From positions 130,964,432 to 131,028,431 of the forward strand of contig NC_052159.1 in assembly GCF_902713615.1 (NCBI RefSeq): a stretch of 64,000 bases of DNA. The letters are read 5' to 3'. The notes beneath the pieces are model-generated. The model saw only the letters and a program-made list of their open reading frames with translations, ran no database searches and was not told the origin of the DNA. The DNA is from Scyliorhinus canicula. Its lineage: Eukaryota. Of the stretch, positions 50,858 through 63,300 are shown one piece after another. The position numbers and the translations under genes are program-made. Positions within the stretch are counted from its first letter, which is position 1; each line of letters opens with the position of its first letter.

Positions 50858-52330
50858 TCTCCCTCCTCACTCCCACTACTCCCTCTCCCCCCCCCCACTA
50901 CTCCCTCACCCACTACACCCTCTCCCCCCTCCCACTTCTCCCTCTCCCCCCTCCCATTTATCCCTCTCCCCACTCCCACTTCTCCCTCTCTCTCCCCCCC
51001 CCACTTCTCCCTCTCCCCCCTCCCACTTCTCCCTCTCTCCCCCTCCCCACTTCTCCCTCTCTCCCCCCCACTTCTCCTCTCCCCCTCCCACTTCTCCCTC
51101 TCTCTCCCCTCCCACTTCTCCCTCTCTCCCCTCCCATTTCTCCCTCTCCCCCCACTACTTGCTTTCACCCCTCCCATTTCTCCCTCTCCCCCCTCCCACT
51201 TCTCCCTCTCCCCCCTCCCATTTATCCCTCTCCCCCCTCCCACTTCTCCCTCTCTCTCCCCCCACTACTCGCTCTCCCCCCCCTCCCACTTCTCCCTCTC
51301 CCGCCTCCCACTTCTCCCTCTCCCCGCCACCTCCCACCTTTCCCTCTTCCTCCTCCCACTTCTCCCTCTCCCCCTCCCACTTTTCCCTCTCCCCCCCAAC
51401 TTCTCCCTCTCCCCCCTCCCACTTCTCCCTCTCCCCCTCCCACTTCTCCCTCTCCCCCCTCCCACTTCTCCCTCTTCCCCCCTCCCACTTCTCCCTCTCC
51501 CCCTCCCACTTCTCCCTCTCCCCCCGCAACTTATCCCTCTCTCTCCCCCCCACTACTCCCTCTTCCCCTCCCACTTCTCCCTCTCCTCCATTCCCACTTC
51601 TCCCTCTCTCTCCCCCCATTACTCGCTCTACCCACCCCCCCACTTCTCCCTCTCCCCCCTCACTTTTCCCTCTCCCCCTCCCACTTCTCCCTATCCCCCC
51701 TCCCACTTCTCCCTCTCTCCCCCCCACTACTCGTTCTCCCCCCCACTTCTCCCTCTCCCCCCTCCCACTTCTCCCTCTCCCCCCTCCCACGTCTCCCTCT
51801 CTCTCGCCCCCACTACTCGCTCTCTCCCCCCCCACTACTCACTCTCCCCCCCACTTCTCCCTCTCCCCCCCACCCACTTCTCCCTCTCCCCCCTCCCACT
51901 TCTCCCTCTCCCCCCCTCCCACCTCTCCCTCTTCCCCCTCCCACTTCTCCCTCTCCCCCCTCACTTCTCCCTCTCCCCCTCCCACTTCTCCCTCTCCCCC
52001 TCCCACATCTCCCTCTCTCCCCCCCACTACTCGTTCTCCCCCCCACTTCTCCCTCTCCCTCCCCCTCCCACTTCTCCCTCTCCCCCCTCCCACTTCTCCC
52101 TCTCTCTCGCCCCCACTACTCGCTCTCCCCCCCACTACTCACTCTCCCCCCCACTTCTCCCCTCTCCCCCCCACCCACTTCTCCCTCTCCCCCCACCCAC
52201 TTCTCCCTCTCCCCCCCCCTCCCACTTCTCCCTCTCCCCCCTCCCACCTCTCCCTCTTCCCCCTCCCACTTCCCCCTCCCCCCCCCTCCACCTCTCCCTC
52301 TCCCCCCCCCCCCCCCCCCCCCCCCCCCAC
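50858..52330. repeat. Polypyrimidine/polypurine minisatellite (unit about CCCCCTCCCACTTCTCCCTCT)
   Basis: About 1.45 kb almost free of G on +; lies between a putative donor (about 52390) and acceptor (about 50545) of the transposase transcript. Confidence 0.95.
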
Positions 52331-53101
52331 TGGCCGCCGTGTTCTCGGGATGCCTTTCCCAGTTTGCGGAGACTCCGGGACGGTCCGCTCACCTCCTCAC
52401 TCCTCGTCAGCCAACACGACTGGCTGGCGACTTTAAAAAGCAGGTGTGAACGCCGACATCGTGATGCAAGGTCACGACGTTGGGACTTCGGCCCAATCGG
52501 GCCGGAGAATAGTGGGGGTGCAGGAGAATTGCCATTTTGGCTGCATTGGGCGATTCTCCGTGTTTTTGCTTGCGAAACACGATGACAAAAATGTGGCCGG
52601 TTGGGAGAATAGTGGGAGCGCGTCAGACCGGCGTCATGGGAAAAAACGGCGCGGCACGCTATTCTCCCAACCGGCGTGACATTGGAGAATCGCACCCCAG
52701 GTGTTGGGCATCTTGAAAAATATTAAGGCAGCTAAGTCCCCAGGGCCTGATGGGATCTACCCCAGAATACTGACGGAGGCAAGAGAGGAAATTGCTCAGG
52801 ATTTTAAAAAATTATTTTACACAGAGGGTGCCTGGAACTCGCTGCCGGAGGAGGTGGTGGATGCAGAGACGATAGTGACGTTTAAGGGGCATCTTGACAA
52901 ATACATGAATAGGATGGGAATAGAGAGATATTGACACCGGAAGTGTCGAAGATTTTAGTTTAGGCGGGCAGCATGGTCAGCGCAGGCTTGGAGGGCCGAT
53001 GGGCCTGTTCCTCTGCTGCACTTTTCTTTGTTCTTTGTTTGTAGTTGAACTACATTATTTACTCTTGATTATAAAATAATTCAGAATGGCCAACAAAACA
53101 A

Positions 53102-53278
53102 GGGGCTGGTTTCGCACAGTGGGTTAAGACAGCTGGCTTGTCATGCAGAACAAGACCAGCAGCGCGGGTTCAATTCCCGTTCGAGCCTCCCCGAACAGGC
53201 GGCGGAATGTGGCGACTAGGGGCTTTTCACAGTCACTTCATTGAAGCCTACTTGTGACAATAAGCAATTATTATTATT
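53102..53278 (+). mobile_element. Short tRNA-head SINE
   Basis: A/B boxes (GGTTCAATTCC), TGTGGCGACTAGGGG tail, ATT repeats. Confidence 0.85.
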
Positions 53279-56200
53279 AAAACTCTGGGGTGATTTTCAT
53301 GCCATCCCTTTCAACAGGCAGGCAGTGGGAAAATCGAGCCCATACCTGTCCAATAAAACCCAACAGAAGACTGACCTATTTCCACAGTTGGGCTTTATTC
53401 GTGCAGAATCAGTGAGCTGCTTACATTAAGTGACAAAATGGGATTAGTGAGGGCATACATCTGATGGCCTACTTGTAGAACTGGGTCAAAAAAAGATCAA
53501 AAGATGAGTAATGAAAGGTTTGAACTGACATTGAGGAGGAAGAATCACCCAGGATCAAATTGTGCAATATTTCTGACTCAAATGTTTGTGCAATTAGCAT
53601 TTTGATGTCTCCTTCAGCATTTCTGAAACTTCTTGATGGAGAGGCATGCTAACTATTCTGACTCGAGGAACAAATATATTGAAGCATCAGGTAGGAATTT
53701 TCATGAACTAGCGCTGAGTTATATGAAAATATACAATGACTTCCATATGCCTTCAAATGCTTTTTACAGAAATGGTACGATTGTGTTTCCACATCCACAG
53801 GTCATATTGATATTGGGTTGATGTATATTTTTACCAATGATTATACAAGCTTTGCAAAATATGACTGAACTTTCGATGAACCAAGTGTTTTGCCTCAACT
53901 AACTCAGAGAAATATGGGCTTGGAGCGCAGATTGTGCAGAGACGTTTCATCCAATATCCACCGTCCGTTTCCAGCTCGACCCCAGTGGGAGTTGGCAGCA
54001 GGTCAGCGGGAGGGTGGTGCAGGATCAGGTGTCGGGGACTGCCGCCATCTGCAAAAGCCGTAAGAGAACCTAAAACTCCTTAGCGTACAAAGTTTGGTCC
54101 ATACCCAAGCAACTTCTGCCATCCTCTACAGATGTGTCCTCGCATATACTCTCGTCTTTCTCATGTTTAGCTGTCTTTTCTTCCCCGACTTTGAACCACA
54201 CCTACCCCTGCACTTTGGAATTCTCTGTAAATCCTACTCTGCTACTTCTCTTCAACCTACCTCTTAAATCTATTTGGTTGCATTCCATAGCTTCCACTTC
54301 CTGCATTTATATCCTCAGTCACTAACTACAGTCCTGGAGATATTTGTTACATGAAAGGGTCGACATGTATGTTTGAAAACAGTGAACACATGTATGAATG
54401 GGAATATTATCGACTGGGAATAATCTTTAAACTTCCTTAAACAACTCTTTCTTTTCCTCTTTAAGTTGCTCCTTAAAACCCCTTTTTGATCATTTTATTT
54501 TGTTCAATTGCCATTTTTCCTGATGTAGCCTTGATGTCAAATTTTGTTTGAAGCTCTTGCGAAACACCAGGGATTGCTTTACTACATTAAAGATGCTATA
54601 TAAATGCTTGTTGTAATAATTGTAGTAAAAAAAAAAAAAAGTTTGGTCCATACGCCTCTCGACTCCCACAGAGTGAGAGAATATTAATGCTCCCGGCTGC
54701 ACAGACTGGGTGAAATTTGATCAAACTGAAGCTGTTTGCAGTGGGGGGCAGTGGGATGGGAGCCTGCTTTATTAGGCTGGCCAGAGATGTTTAACTCAGA
54801 ATAATGTGAGCATCCCATTTCAAGTTTGTCCAACCAGTGACAAAGTTTTGGCACGATGATGCTGCACAAGGACAAGAACATACGTACCACGTATTTCATC
54901 TTACGTACTTTCTAAGGTCTGTTTAACATATACAATGGCCAGCCAGGAGTTGTTTACTTCTTTTGTGTATTTTCAGACTATAAAGATACTGGTTTTTGTT
55001 GTATAATTCAGAGTATTGTGGAATGGCTATTAAGCCTACTGCAGTCTCTCCACGTTATCCTGTTAAATAAAATTCCTGAAACGAAGCTCAAGGCCTCTGT
55101 CTCTATTATTATTTCCACGACACATAGGCAATGGGCATAGATGATTGAGAAGTGGAGATCGCTCACATACCTGACAGCGTGAGATATCACAGTGCCATTT
55201 AATAACAATTACTCATGCTGTTTGTCTTCACAAGCAATTGTAAAGTCATGATAGGCACAATATAGACTTTGAACCCTTCCCGCATATCAGCAATCATGTA
55301 TGGGATCCCATACAGGTCCTTCAATGGATAATGGAGGTGCGGCTACAGCAGGAGGCCATGAGTCCTCAAAGACTAATGAGCACTCAAAGGTGCATTGACC
55401 CATTAGTCTTGTGTAACTTTCATGAGTGCAAATACACACACGCCAGTGCATGCTGCAATAGAGATAGCTATCATGTATGTGAACAGGAGCAGGCACAGGA
55501 GACAAGCACAGCAGTGGAGAGTCTCCATCAAAGCGTGCAGAACCCATCAAACCCTGCTCAGCTAACATGAAACCTGACGTGAGTAATTGGAATTTTTATT
55601 GCAGGCCTAAAACTGAGCAAACCGAGCCATTAATGCATTTTATACCCTGTTTGGTTTTCTTTACCTTCACTGTCAATAGGAAAGCAATCAGGCAGGGTGT
55701 AAAACATGTAGCAAATTCTGCTCTTAAAGCTGTCTGTATCCCACACTAAAAACCCGAGATACACAGTAACAACAATTTCAGAATTATTTCTGGACAGTTT
55801 ACCATGGGAAAGAGACGTACTTAGCTCCAACCATCAAAAAATGTGATTCATGTGATATCTGGAAAGTGAAAACACAAACAAACCCGTACTCAGCCAAAAT
55901 TACTGGAAACGAGAATAGTTCCCATTATTTTACCATCTCACAGTAACTGAAAAATATGTATCTCTGCTCCAATATGGAATCATGAGAGAAGTAAGATGAT
56001 GTTGGGAAAGTTTTTGTACAGAAGCAATCATATATATTTGATTTCTACACCTGTGCTACTATTTGTCTTAATGATGGTACTTGCAATCTGAAATAAATTC
56101 CACACCTTGAGTTTTGAATGTGTTTCTTAAACTTATGATTGTTTATCTTTCAAAACATTATTAAAAATCTTGTGTCGGGCGTATACCTTGGGTAGTATTC

Positions 56201-56279
56201 TCTGTTCCAGGATCTAGGTGCTGAAGCTGAATCTGGATCAGTGGACTGCTGTGACAACTAAATTGGTGCTAATCCCAGA

Positions 56280-57230
56280 GCAATTCATGAGCCGTTAATG
56301 GGGTAGCACCAGCGCCACATGGAATACGATCGATGACAATGCAAAAAGGCGTCCAATTCACCGGGGTCGGGATTGACACTCGAGAGACTGACAAGATGCA
56401 GCTGCATATTAGCACTCCACTCCCGACACACACATTCCATCCAAAGATGGAAGCACGAGGGTGGCACCCTGGTTTGCGGATGTGGAGCTGGAGATATTGC
56501 TGGAAGTAGCTGCACGACCTCCTCAGGGCGGCCAGGGTGAGTAGACAGCGCCATGCACCAACACCTGTCCTATACACCTGTGAGGGGCTTGGGCACAAAC
56601 CTTTGCATGGATGTTCACTTGTACTTTGTTAAATAAACACCGTGCAAAAAAGTTCCAGCCTGCCGCGGTGCTCGTTCTGAAGGGGGCGAGGGATGGGCTA
56701 AGTTGGGCTGGGCTGGTTGCAGAAGGGCGGCTGGGTGTGGGGGGAGGGGGGGGTTCTGCGGAGATGGCCGCAGAGGGAGCACTTGGGTGGTGGGGGGGTG
56801 GAGATGTGCGGACAATGGAGGTGGTCGGGGGCCGAGGTTTACCCTGGTACATCACCTCTCCCAGCCTCCTCCCCGCTGTCCCACCTCTGCCATCCCAAGG
56901 GTTCGTTGGGACTGTGTGATGGAATGGCCAGCTCGCATGCAGGGATCACCCAGATGGATGGTAGAAAGTGCTGCCATGGGCAGGAATCAGCCATTGTCAA
57001 ATGATGCAGAGCACTGGAGCTCATTGGAGAGCGGATCATCCTCCAACCCATGGACCAGACCGGCTGTTACTACTAACCCAGGGCCTGCACCTGTAGGTAG
57101 GGATCGCTGGGGAGGGGGGCAGGGTTTGGGGTTGGGTGGATGGTCACGGGAGAGGGTTTTCGGCCGATGCCGGGAGGGGGGATGGGTATGGGATCATATA
57201 TCTGACACAATTGCATCATTCACATAAACT
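56280..57230 (+). mobile_element. Internally deleted Harbinger relic
   Basis: Myb remnant from ATG 56447 (APWFADVELEILLEV fused to LHDLLRAAR|GTGAGT), AATAAA, and an intergenic block homologous to 48886-49045. Confidence 0.75.
56974..57053 (-). ncRNA. Second candidate box C/D-like element
   Basis: CCATGGG stem, AGGATGA, CTGA, CCCATGG stem. Confidence 0.35.
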
Positions 57231-57289
57231 ACTCATGTTTCAGACATATCTCACAGCTCTTCAACTATCAAAAGCATCAGGCATACAAA

Positions 57290-57860
57290 TGAAGATATGA
57301 ATTTGGAGCAGTAAAAGGCTATTTAGATCCTACAGCTTGGACTGCCATTTGATAAGATCTTGGCTGATTTGATTGTGGCCTCAGTTCAATCTACTGCGGG
57401 ATTCTCCGTCGGCAGGATTCTCCGTTTCAACAGCTGCGCACCCACCCATAGGGCTGGTGGGACGGGGAATCCTGCCCCAGGTCTCTCCCATAAAGGAAAA
57501 CATCCTATCAACCTCCATTCTACCAATTCCCCCCAGGATCTTACATGTTTCAATAAGGTCACCTCGCATTCCTCCAAACTTCAATGGATATAGGCCCAGT
57601 CTGCCCATCCGTTCCTTAACAGGTAACCCCTTCATCTCAGGAATCTATTGAATGAATCTTCTATGTGGTGATTCAAAAGGAATTATATCCTTTCTTTAGT
57701 AAGGAGACAAAAAACGTAGACTACATTCTAGATGTGGTCTCACTAATGATCTCCACAATTGTAGCAAAATGTTCCGACTTTCATATTCAATTCCCTTGGA
57801 ATAAATAACATTATTCCCTTTGTCTTCCTAATCAGGTGATGTACCTGCTTGCACATGTTT
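57290..57860 (-). mobile_element. CR1 3' fragment with a small MITE remnant (about 57395-57477)
   Basis: RLGLYPLKFGGMRGDLIETCKIL. Confidence 0.8.
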
Positions 57861-59218
57861 TGTGACTTATATAACAGGGAGCAGAATGAGAGACACCATG
57901 GACAGAGGCAGAGAAGGTGGCATGCTTCCTGAAGGTATGTGCTCCATTTTATTTTTTCTGATGCATCACACTCTTGATCATTAATCACCAATTGCTATCC
58001 TTACTCCGAAGATCCCTGGTTTCGTCACGCACATCCTCCTCATTGGTTGCATTCACTGAACATTGATGATTCCAGCTTCATAATTACAGGCACAAATCAA
58101 CAAGATATACCCCCACCCTCAGAGCGACAGCCACTTCCTGTCCTCCTACACAACCTAATCACCCCAATACAGGGGAAGAGGAAAGCAAGGAAGAATGCAT
58201 TGTGTGCAGTGCCCCTATTGCAAGGCAATAGTTCAGAGACTGATACCACATGTAAACCTAAAGACTTGGTTAGAAATGTGATCCTCACGGTGTGATGGAC
58301 TGCGTATGAGCCTGCAGCAACCACATGGAGTGGAAGGAGCATCACAGATGTCACCTTTCTGGGGGACACATTTGTATAAAGCTCTGCTGTCGAGGAGTCA
58401 GACTAGCACCTTGCAGAGCTAAGCTTCAAAAGAAGGCTGATGCGTGTGATAAAACTTGTGGATGCAATAGAGAGCCTGCGTTAAATGTTATGGATCGTGG
58501 CTAGGAATTTTTGAGGCTTCTACCTCCAACTTGTTTGATGTATGATGCAGCCTTTAACCCACCCTCACCAGTGGAGAGGATGGTCAGTTGCAACCAGCAA
58601 TCTTTGAAGTCTTACAGCCATTCAGTGTCCGATGAAATGAGGTCACAGTGTCCATTCACGTCATTGCAAGCTGCATGGAATGCATGGAACCTCGATTGAA
58701 AGGGGATTGCAATCTTTCTCCAGCTCCCAAATGTCTGTCCTCCACCAGATCAGTGGGCATGTGAAACAATGGCCCAAGCTAGTGATGTGGGAATTCTTCC
58801 AATATTATGATTAACCACCTAGTTTTCATTGTGCTGTTTTTCTCAAACGCACTCGGCATCATTCTGAAAGTTCTTGCCAAATTCAAAAATATTTGCAATC
58901 CTAATGCTCAGTGACGAACTTGCACAGCTCCTTAAAACTGCTGTCATTGGCTTCATTTAAATCCTGCTTTAATATCCTAATTGTGCCCTGTATTCATTCA
59001 TTATGTTCATGTGTTTGATTTTGTTTTTGCCCTTGTGCTGAAAAGAAATCATGTTAACATCATAAACCAGGTCATCAAGCTGCAACTGATGCCAGAAATG
59101 AGGATGACACCACAAAAACATATTTGCAAAATAAACTAACAAGAAATATTAATTGTTAAGCAGTTAGCTACCGAGCAGGACTACTTAAAGAACAAGTCTG
59201 TAAATATGCTGAATATAT

Positions 59219-59762
59219 GGGCCGGGATTCTCTGATATCGGAGCCAAGTGTTAACGCCGGCGTCAAAACCGGCGCGAGCGACGCTGGCGTAAACGGGCCT
59301 CCAGGCCCAGAAATTCTCCTGTTCTTCAGGGGATAGAATGGCGCCGGAATGCTGTACGCCACTCCGGCACCGAAAGCCAGTCCTGCACGCGTGGTTACCA
59401 TCTCCGCGCCGGCGCAGAGCAACATGTCGGTAACCAAACAGCGGGCCCGCGCGGAAGGAGGTCGGCCCCTCCAGATCCCGCCCGCCCGCCAATCGGAAGC
59501 CCCCAATCACGGGTCTGGACCCTGTGGAGGTCCTCCCCGGAGTCAGATCCCCCCCGCCTCCCCACCAGGACGTCCATATCGGCCGCAGGTCCTCGCTCCT
59601 GCTGGGTGGTACCAGGTTTGAACCACGCCGGCGGGACTCGACGGAACTCGGCTGGAGTTCAGCCCGTCGCCCGCAGAGAATCACCGCGGAGGCCTATTTC
59701 AGTGGCCCCCGACTGATGCTGCGGCGACCGCGCGGTGCAATTGGTACTGATTCTCCGGTCGC
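59219..59762. mobile_element. Harbinger MITE, right end lost
   Basis: Left TIR GGGCCGGGATTCTC; interior related to 4990 and 24448. Confidence 0.75.
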
Positions 59763-60174
59763 CGCAGTAAAAGTGACCAGAGATAAATATTTTGCTACTT
59801 TTTTTGCTGCCTGACATACGCTGGCACTAGCACATAACTGAATCACAATGATACAATGGAAATCGATCCATTGGAGAAACAGGAAGTGGCACGTTGTTCT
59901 TTTTCGTTCTTGGAAATGAAATTGAATACAATAAGAATGGATAAGCCTCAAGCCTCTTTCTTCTGAGATGTAAGTGTGCAAATAATTCTCACGTTCTTTC
60001 TGCACACTGGGTGCAGAATAAGCAAACCATTTCCTTAACTCACTGCCAAAGCAAGGCAGCGTGCCTCAAAAATAAAAACATTGTTCATAATGCTTTGCAC
60101 AACATGTAGTATCATGACTGCAGAGTATTCTTGGCTGTATGAGAATGCATGTACATTAATGATTGGCTGAAAGT

Positions 60175-60357
60175 AAGGGATTCTCTGTCCTGCCAGCCCT
60201 GTTTTCCGGAATGGCGGGCTCGCGCCAGCAGCGGGTTTATCCGTTCCCACAGCTAGCCACTGGGGTTTCCCATTGTGGCCACCCCACGCCATCAGGAAAT
60301 CCGCGGGCATGGGTGCTCTGCTGGCAAAGTGGGGGATCCTGCTGACGGAGAATTCCG
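60175..60357. mobile_element. Small Harbinger-type MITE
   Basis: GGGATTCTCTGTC / GACGGAGAATTCC inverted ends. Confidence 0.65.
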
Positions 60358-62099
60358 TGATGCTGCAGCCTATGGAAGATTATGAGCAATACAAAATAGT
60401 GGACAAGCTTATTTTCTTGTTACACTTACCCAGAAACAGGAAGGTTTGATTCAGTAATTGAAGATAAAATATTTTCTTCTGAGGATGTCAAAAGAGACCA
60501 AGAATCCCTGCTTGAGCTGCTTTGCCGTATCTAAATGAGGCTGGATATGTTTAACTGATACCTTCATTTTCCTTCGTTTTCATTCCTGGAAGTTATCCAA
60601 ATGTGACTGTGGCAGTTGAAAAGTCAAAATAATGTTTCAGAGTTGGACTGCAGAGTGAAGGCCATAGCTTACTTCAGTGTTGTCAACTTCTTCCAATTTG
60701 GCATGAGTGCAAAATAAAACCTTTTGGGACAGGCAATGAATTTCTCAGTGGCAATTACATTTATTCATGTATTATGAGGAATCAGAAGATGAAGACAAGT
60801 AAGGAGAGTACAAAACCATAATAGCAAATTTAACATAATATTGATATTCACTCTGTAGATTTTACTAATATCCGAGATCTCCAACTTTGATTATTTTCAC
60901 AAGATAATGTTTCAGAAGACTGCCTTCCACTCTTCTCAACCTCCCGGCTCTCAACTTGATGAGTTTGAAAAAAAACAAATAATGGTCGTGGGTGCTGCTG
61001 GTAAAACCAACATGTTGAGCTCATCCCTAATTACCCTGGAGAAGGTGGTGGCGAGTCCACCTCCTCGTGCTACTACATCCCATATGGTACATGTACACCC
61101 AGAGTGCTATTATGAAGGGAACTCCAGGTTTGCGACCCAGTGATAATGGTGATTTAGTTACAGTCAGGATGATGCATGACATGGAGGTCAACAGAGAGGA
61201 CCTGGTGATCCCATGCGTCTTTTACCCTTGGCTTTTCAGGGGGTAGAGATTTCAGTTTTGGGAGGTGCTGAGAAGGAGGCTTGATGAGTTGGTGCAGAGC
61301 CTCTTGTACATGACTGCCACAGTGCACCTTGGTGGAGGGATTGAATGTAAGGTGGTGATGGGATGCCGATCAAGCGAACTGCTTTGTCCTGGAGTTATTG
61401 TAGATGCTGACTGCCTTCTTCCAACCCACCTCTTGTAGTGTCCTATTCTGACTTCAAAGGTAACAATAGCCTTGAATTTTGTATGGCCTGAGGTAACCTG
61501 TGTCATGAACATGAATCTGCAATATAGCACTACAGCAATTTATACATTTCTCTATTGACTATGCCAAGCAATGAGAATGAGCTTTAATTTATCAGCACGG
61601 ATCCCTCATGGTAAGTTCAAGAAGGTGGCTCACCACCACCTTCTCAAGGGCAATAAGGGATGGTCAATAAATGCTGGTCTAGCCTGTAATGCCCACATTG
61701 CATGAATGCATTTTTAAAAAGAGTGTATGTCAAGGTTATCTGCTGTTGCACTGAAGACCTTGGCACAGGAAGTCGGGAGGAGGAATATCCTTCATACTCA
61801 TTGAACCATCCACTCAGGAGGCAGTGTGAGGAAGTAGAGATGTCTTATGATCTGAAACGAATTGTCAAAGTGAGTGAGTTTAATCATCAGATGGCTGAGC
61901 CTAATAATTGTCCGTTCACTTCTCCTCCCATCACTCATCTGTCAATCTCTATCAATCAATATGCAAAGTTTCAATTCATCTGTTTAACCTCACCCTCACA
62001 GTGATTACCATTGCAAATTGCTATCCATCATTCACAGCTTACTCAAACCTGGCAACCATGTAACCACCACAATCACACTACCAAAAAAAAAATTACAGG

Positions 62100-63300
62100 A
62101 CATTTATCCACACATGTCCCTCTTTCTTGCTGCACAAAGTGACACACAATAGGAGACAGCAGCAGAGAATCAGAGCAGCAGAGGTGTGCCTGCGCCTTTG
62201 GATTTTCATGGAGGAGGCAATGCTGGACAACATGCGAAGGACATCGTTGAGGCTATGGTCACTCGTATTACTGGCAGGATTGTTGACAAGGTTATTAGCA
62301 TTCTTCATTCTTCTCCTTTACCATTTATCACCCATCACTTCCACTCAGAAGTTGCAGGTGGTGGCTCACATTTTACTATCTCCTTTCCCCCAACCCAAGC
62401 CAACTTTTGTAACGTTTCAATTGAGGTAACCAGAAACTTGGCTTGCCCAGGCAGAAAAAATGAAGAAGACAACGATGGTGAAGACCCACAGTCACTGCCA
62501 CCCACGGTCAGAGATTGGCACCACACATACTTTAATGGCTAAGGTAGAGAAAGGATCTGTGCACGATGAAGCGCTGGCCACAAATCCACAGGAGCCAGGG
62601 TAAGTGAGAGAACATAAGGATGCCAGATTGCCAGAGAGGGAAGTTGTACATCCCAGTTCTGCTTCAGAGGAATCAGATGAAGATTTCAGTGATCCAGGTA
62701 ACAGAAGGAAGGTGATGGTTGTATGCACCCAAATGCATTCCCTGGAAAGCCGACCAGAAAATCTGTGCACAGTATCAAGGAGCATCAAGACGCCCACCTC
62801 CAGTTCTGTGGATGTATTTGTGAGGAGCTTGCAGTCCTTCCTTTCTAAAATGGATGGGTGGTCACTTTCATTGGCACACCTGTGGAATACACAAAGATGC
62901 TGCAACTGGTGGCCACTTCATTCCCTTGCAGTGCAGCACAGCACAGTTTCTATCAAAAATCAACAGATTAGTAGGATTACTCTCCCCGTGTTTGCGTGGG
63001 TTTTGCCCCCACAAGCCAAAGATGTGCAGGATAGGTCAATTGGCCACAGTAAATTGCCCCTTAATTGGAAAAAATGAATTGGGTACTCTAAATTAAAAAA
63101 AAAGATTAGTAGGATTATTGAGGCACCATCCAAGGAGAGTGGCAGTGTCTCTATTTAACGGCAAGTTGCTGCCCTTGCTCAGTCTGACATCATTACTGTT
63201 CTGCCACTCCGCTGTTCCCTTGACAGGCCCAGACCGAGATGCACAGTCTAATGCCAGGATTCCTGGCCAGTTCAAGATCATTCTCCAAGACCATTAGCTG
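62100..63300 (+). pseudogene. Possible old Harbinger Myb-gene remnant with a nested V-SINE (about 62980-63100)
   Basis: Acidic/coiled-coil-like fragments (DEDFSDPGNRRKVM..LESRPENLCTVSRSI); recalled similarity only. Confidence 0.35.

Larger units (their letters stand above)
46158..52697. mobile_element. Full-length PIF/Harbinger DNA transposon (decayed autonomous type)
   Basis: TIRs GGGCGCGATTCTCC / GGAGAATCGCACCC; TSD GAG/CAG; two convergent genes (Myb/SANT and DDE transposase). Confidence 0.95.
45223..53035 (+). mobile_element. CR1 LINE fragment hosting the MITE and the autonomous-type Harbinger; 5' foldback and internal deletion
   Basis: Reads YIKSNKVARERVGPLKD.. then, across the insertions, EIQKHE|VLGILKNIKAAKSPGPDG; jumps near 52800 to the 3' end (AWNSLP..) and tail. 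Confidence 0.88.

Noticed and set aside
50631-52449. 601-aa and 569-aa Pro/Ser/Leu-rich ORFs and the Gly/Glu/Arg ORFs on the opposite strand
   Set aside because: Artefacts of a stop-free pyrimidine minisatellite.
55261-55620. Possible host exons (GPSMDNGG.. and GAGTGDKH..|GTGAGT)
   Set aside because: No recognisable protein, weak acceptors and an implausibly short following intron.
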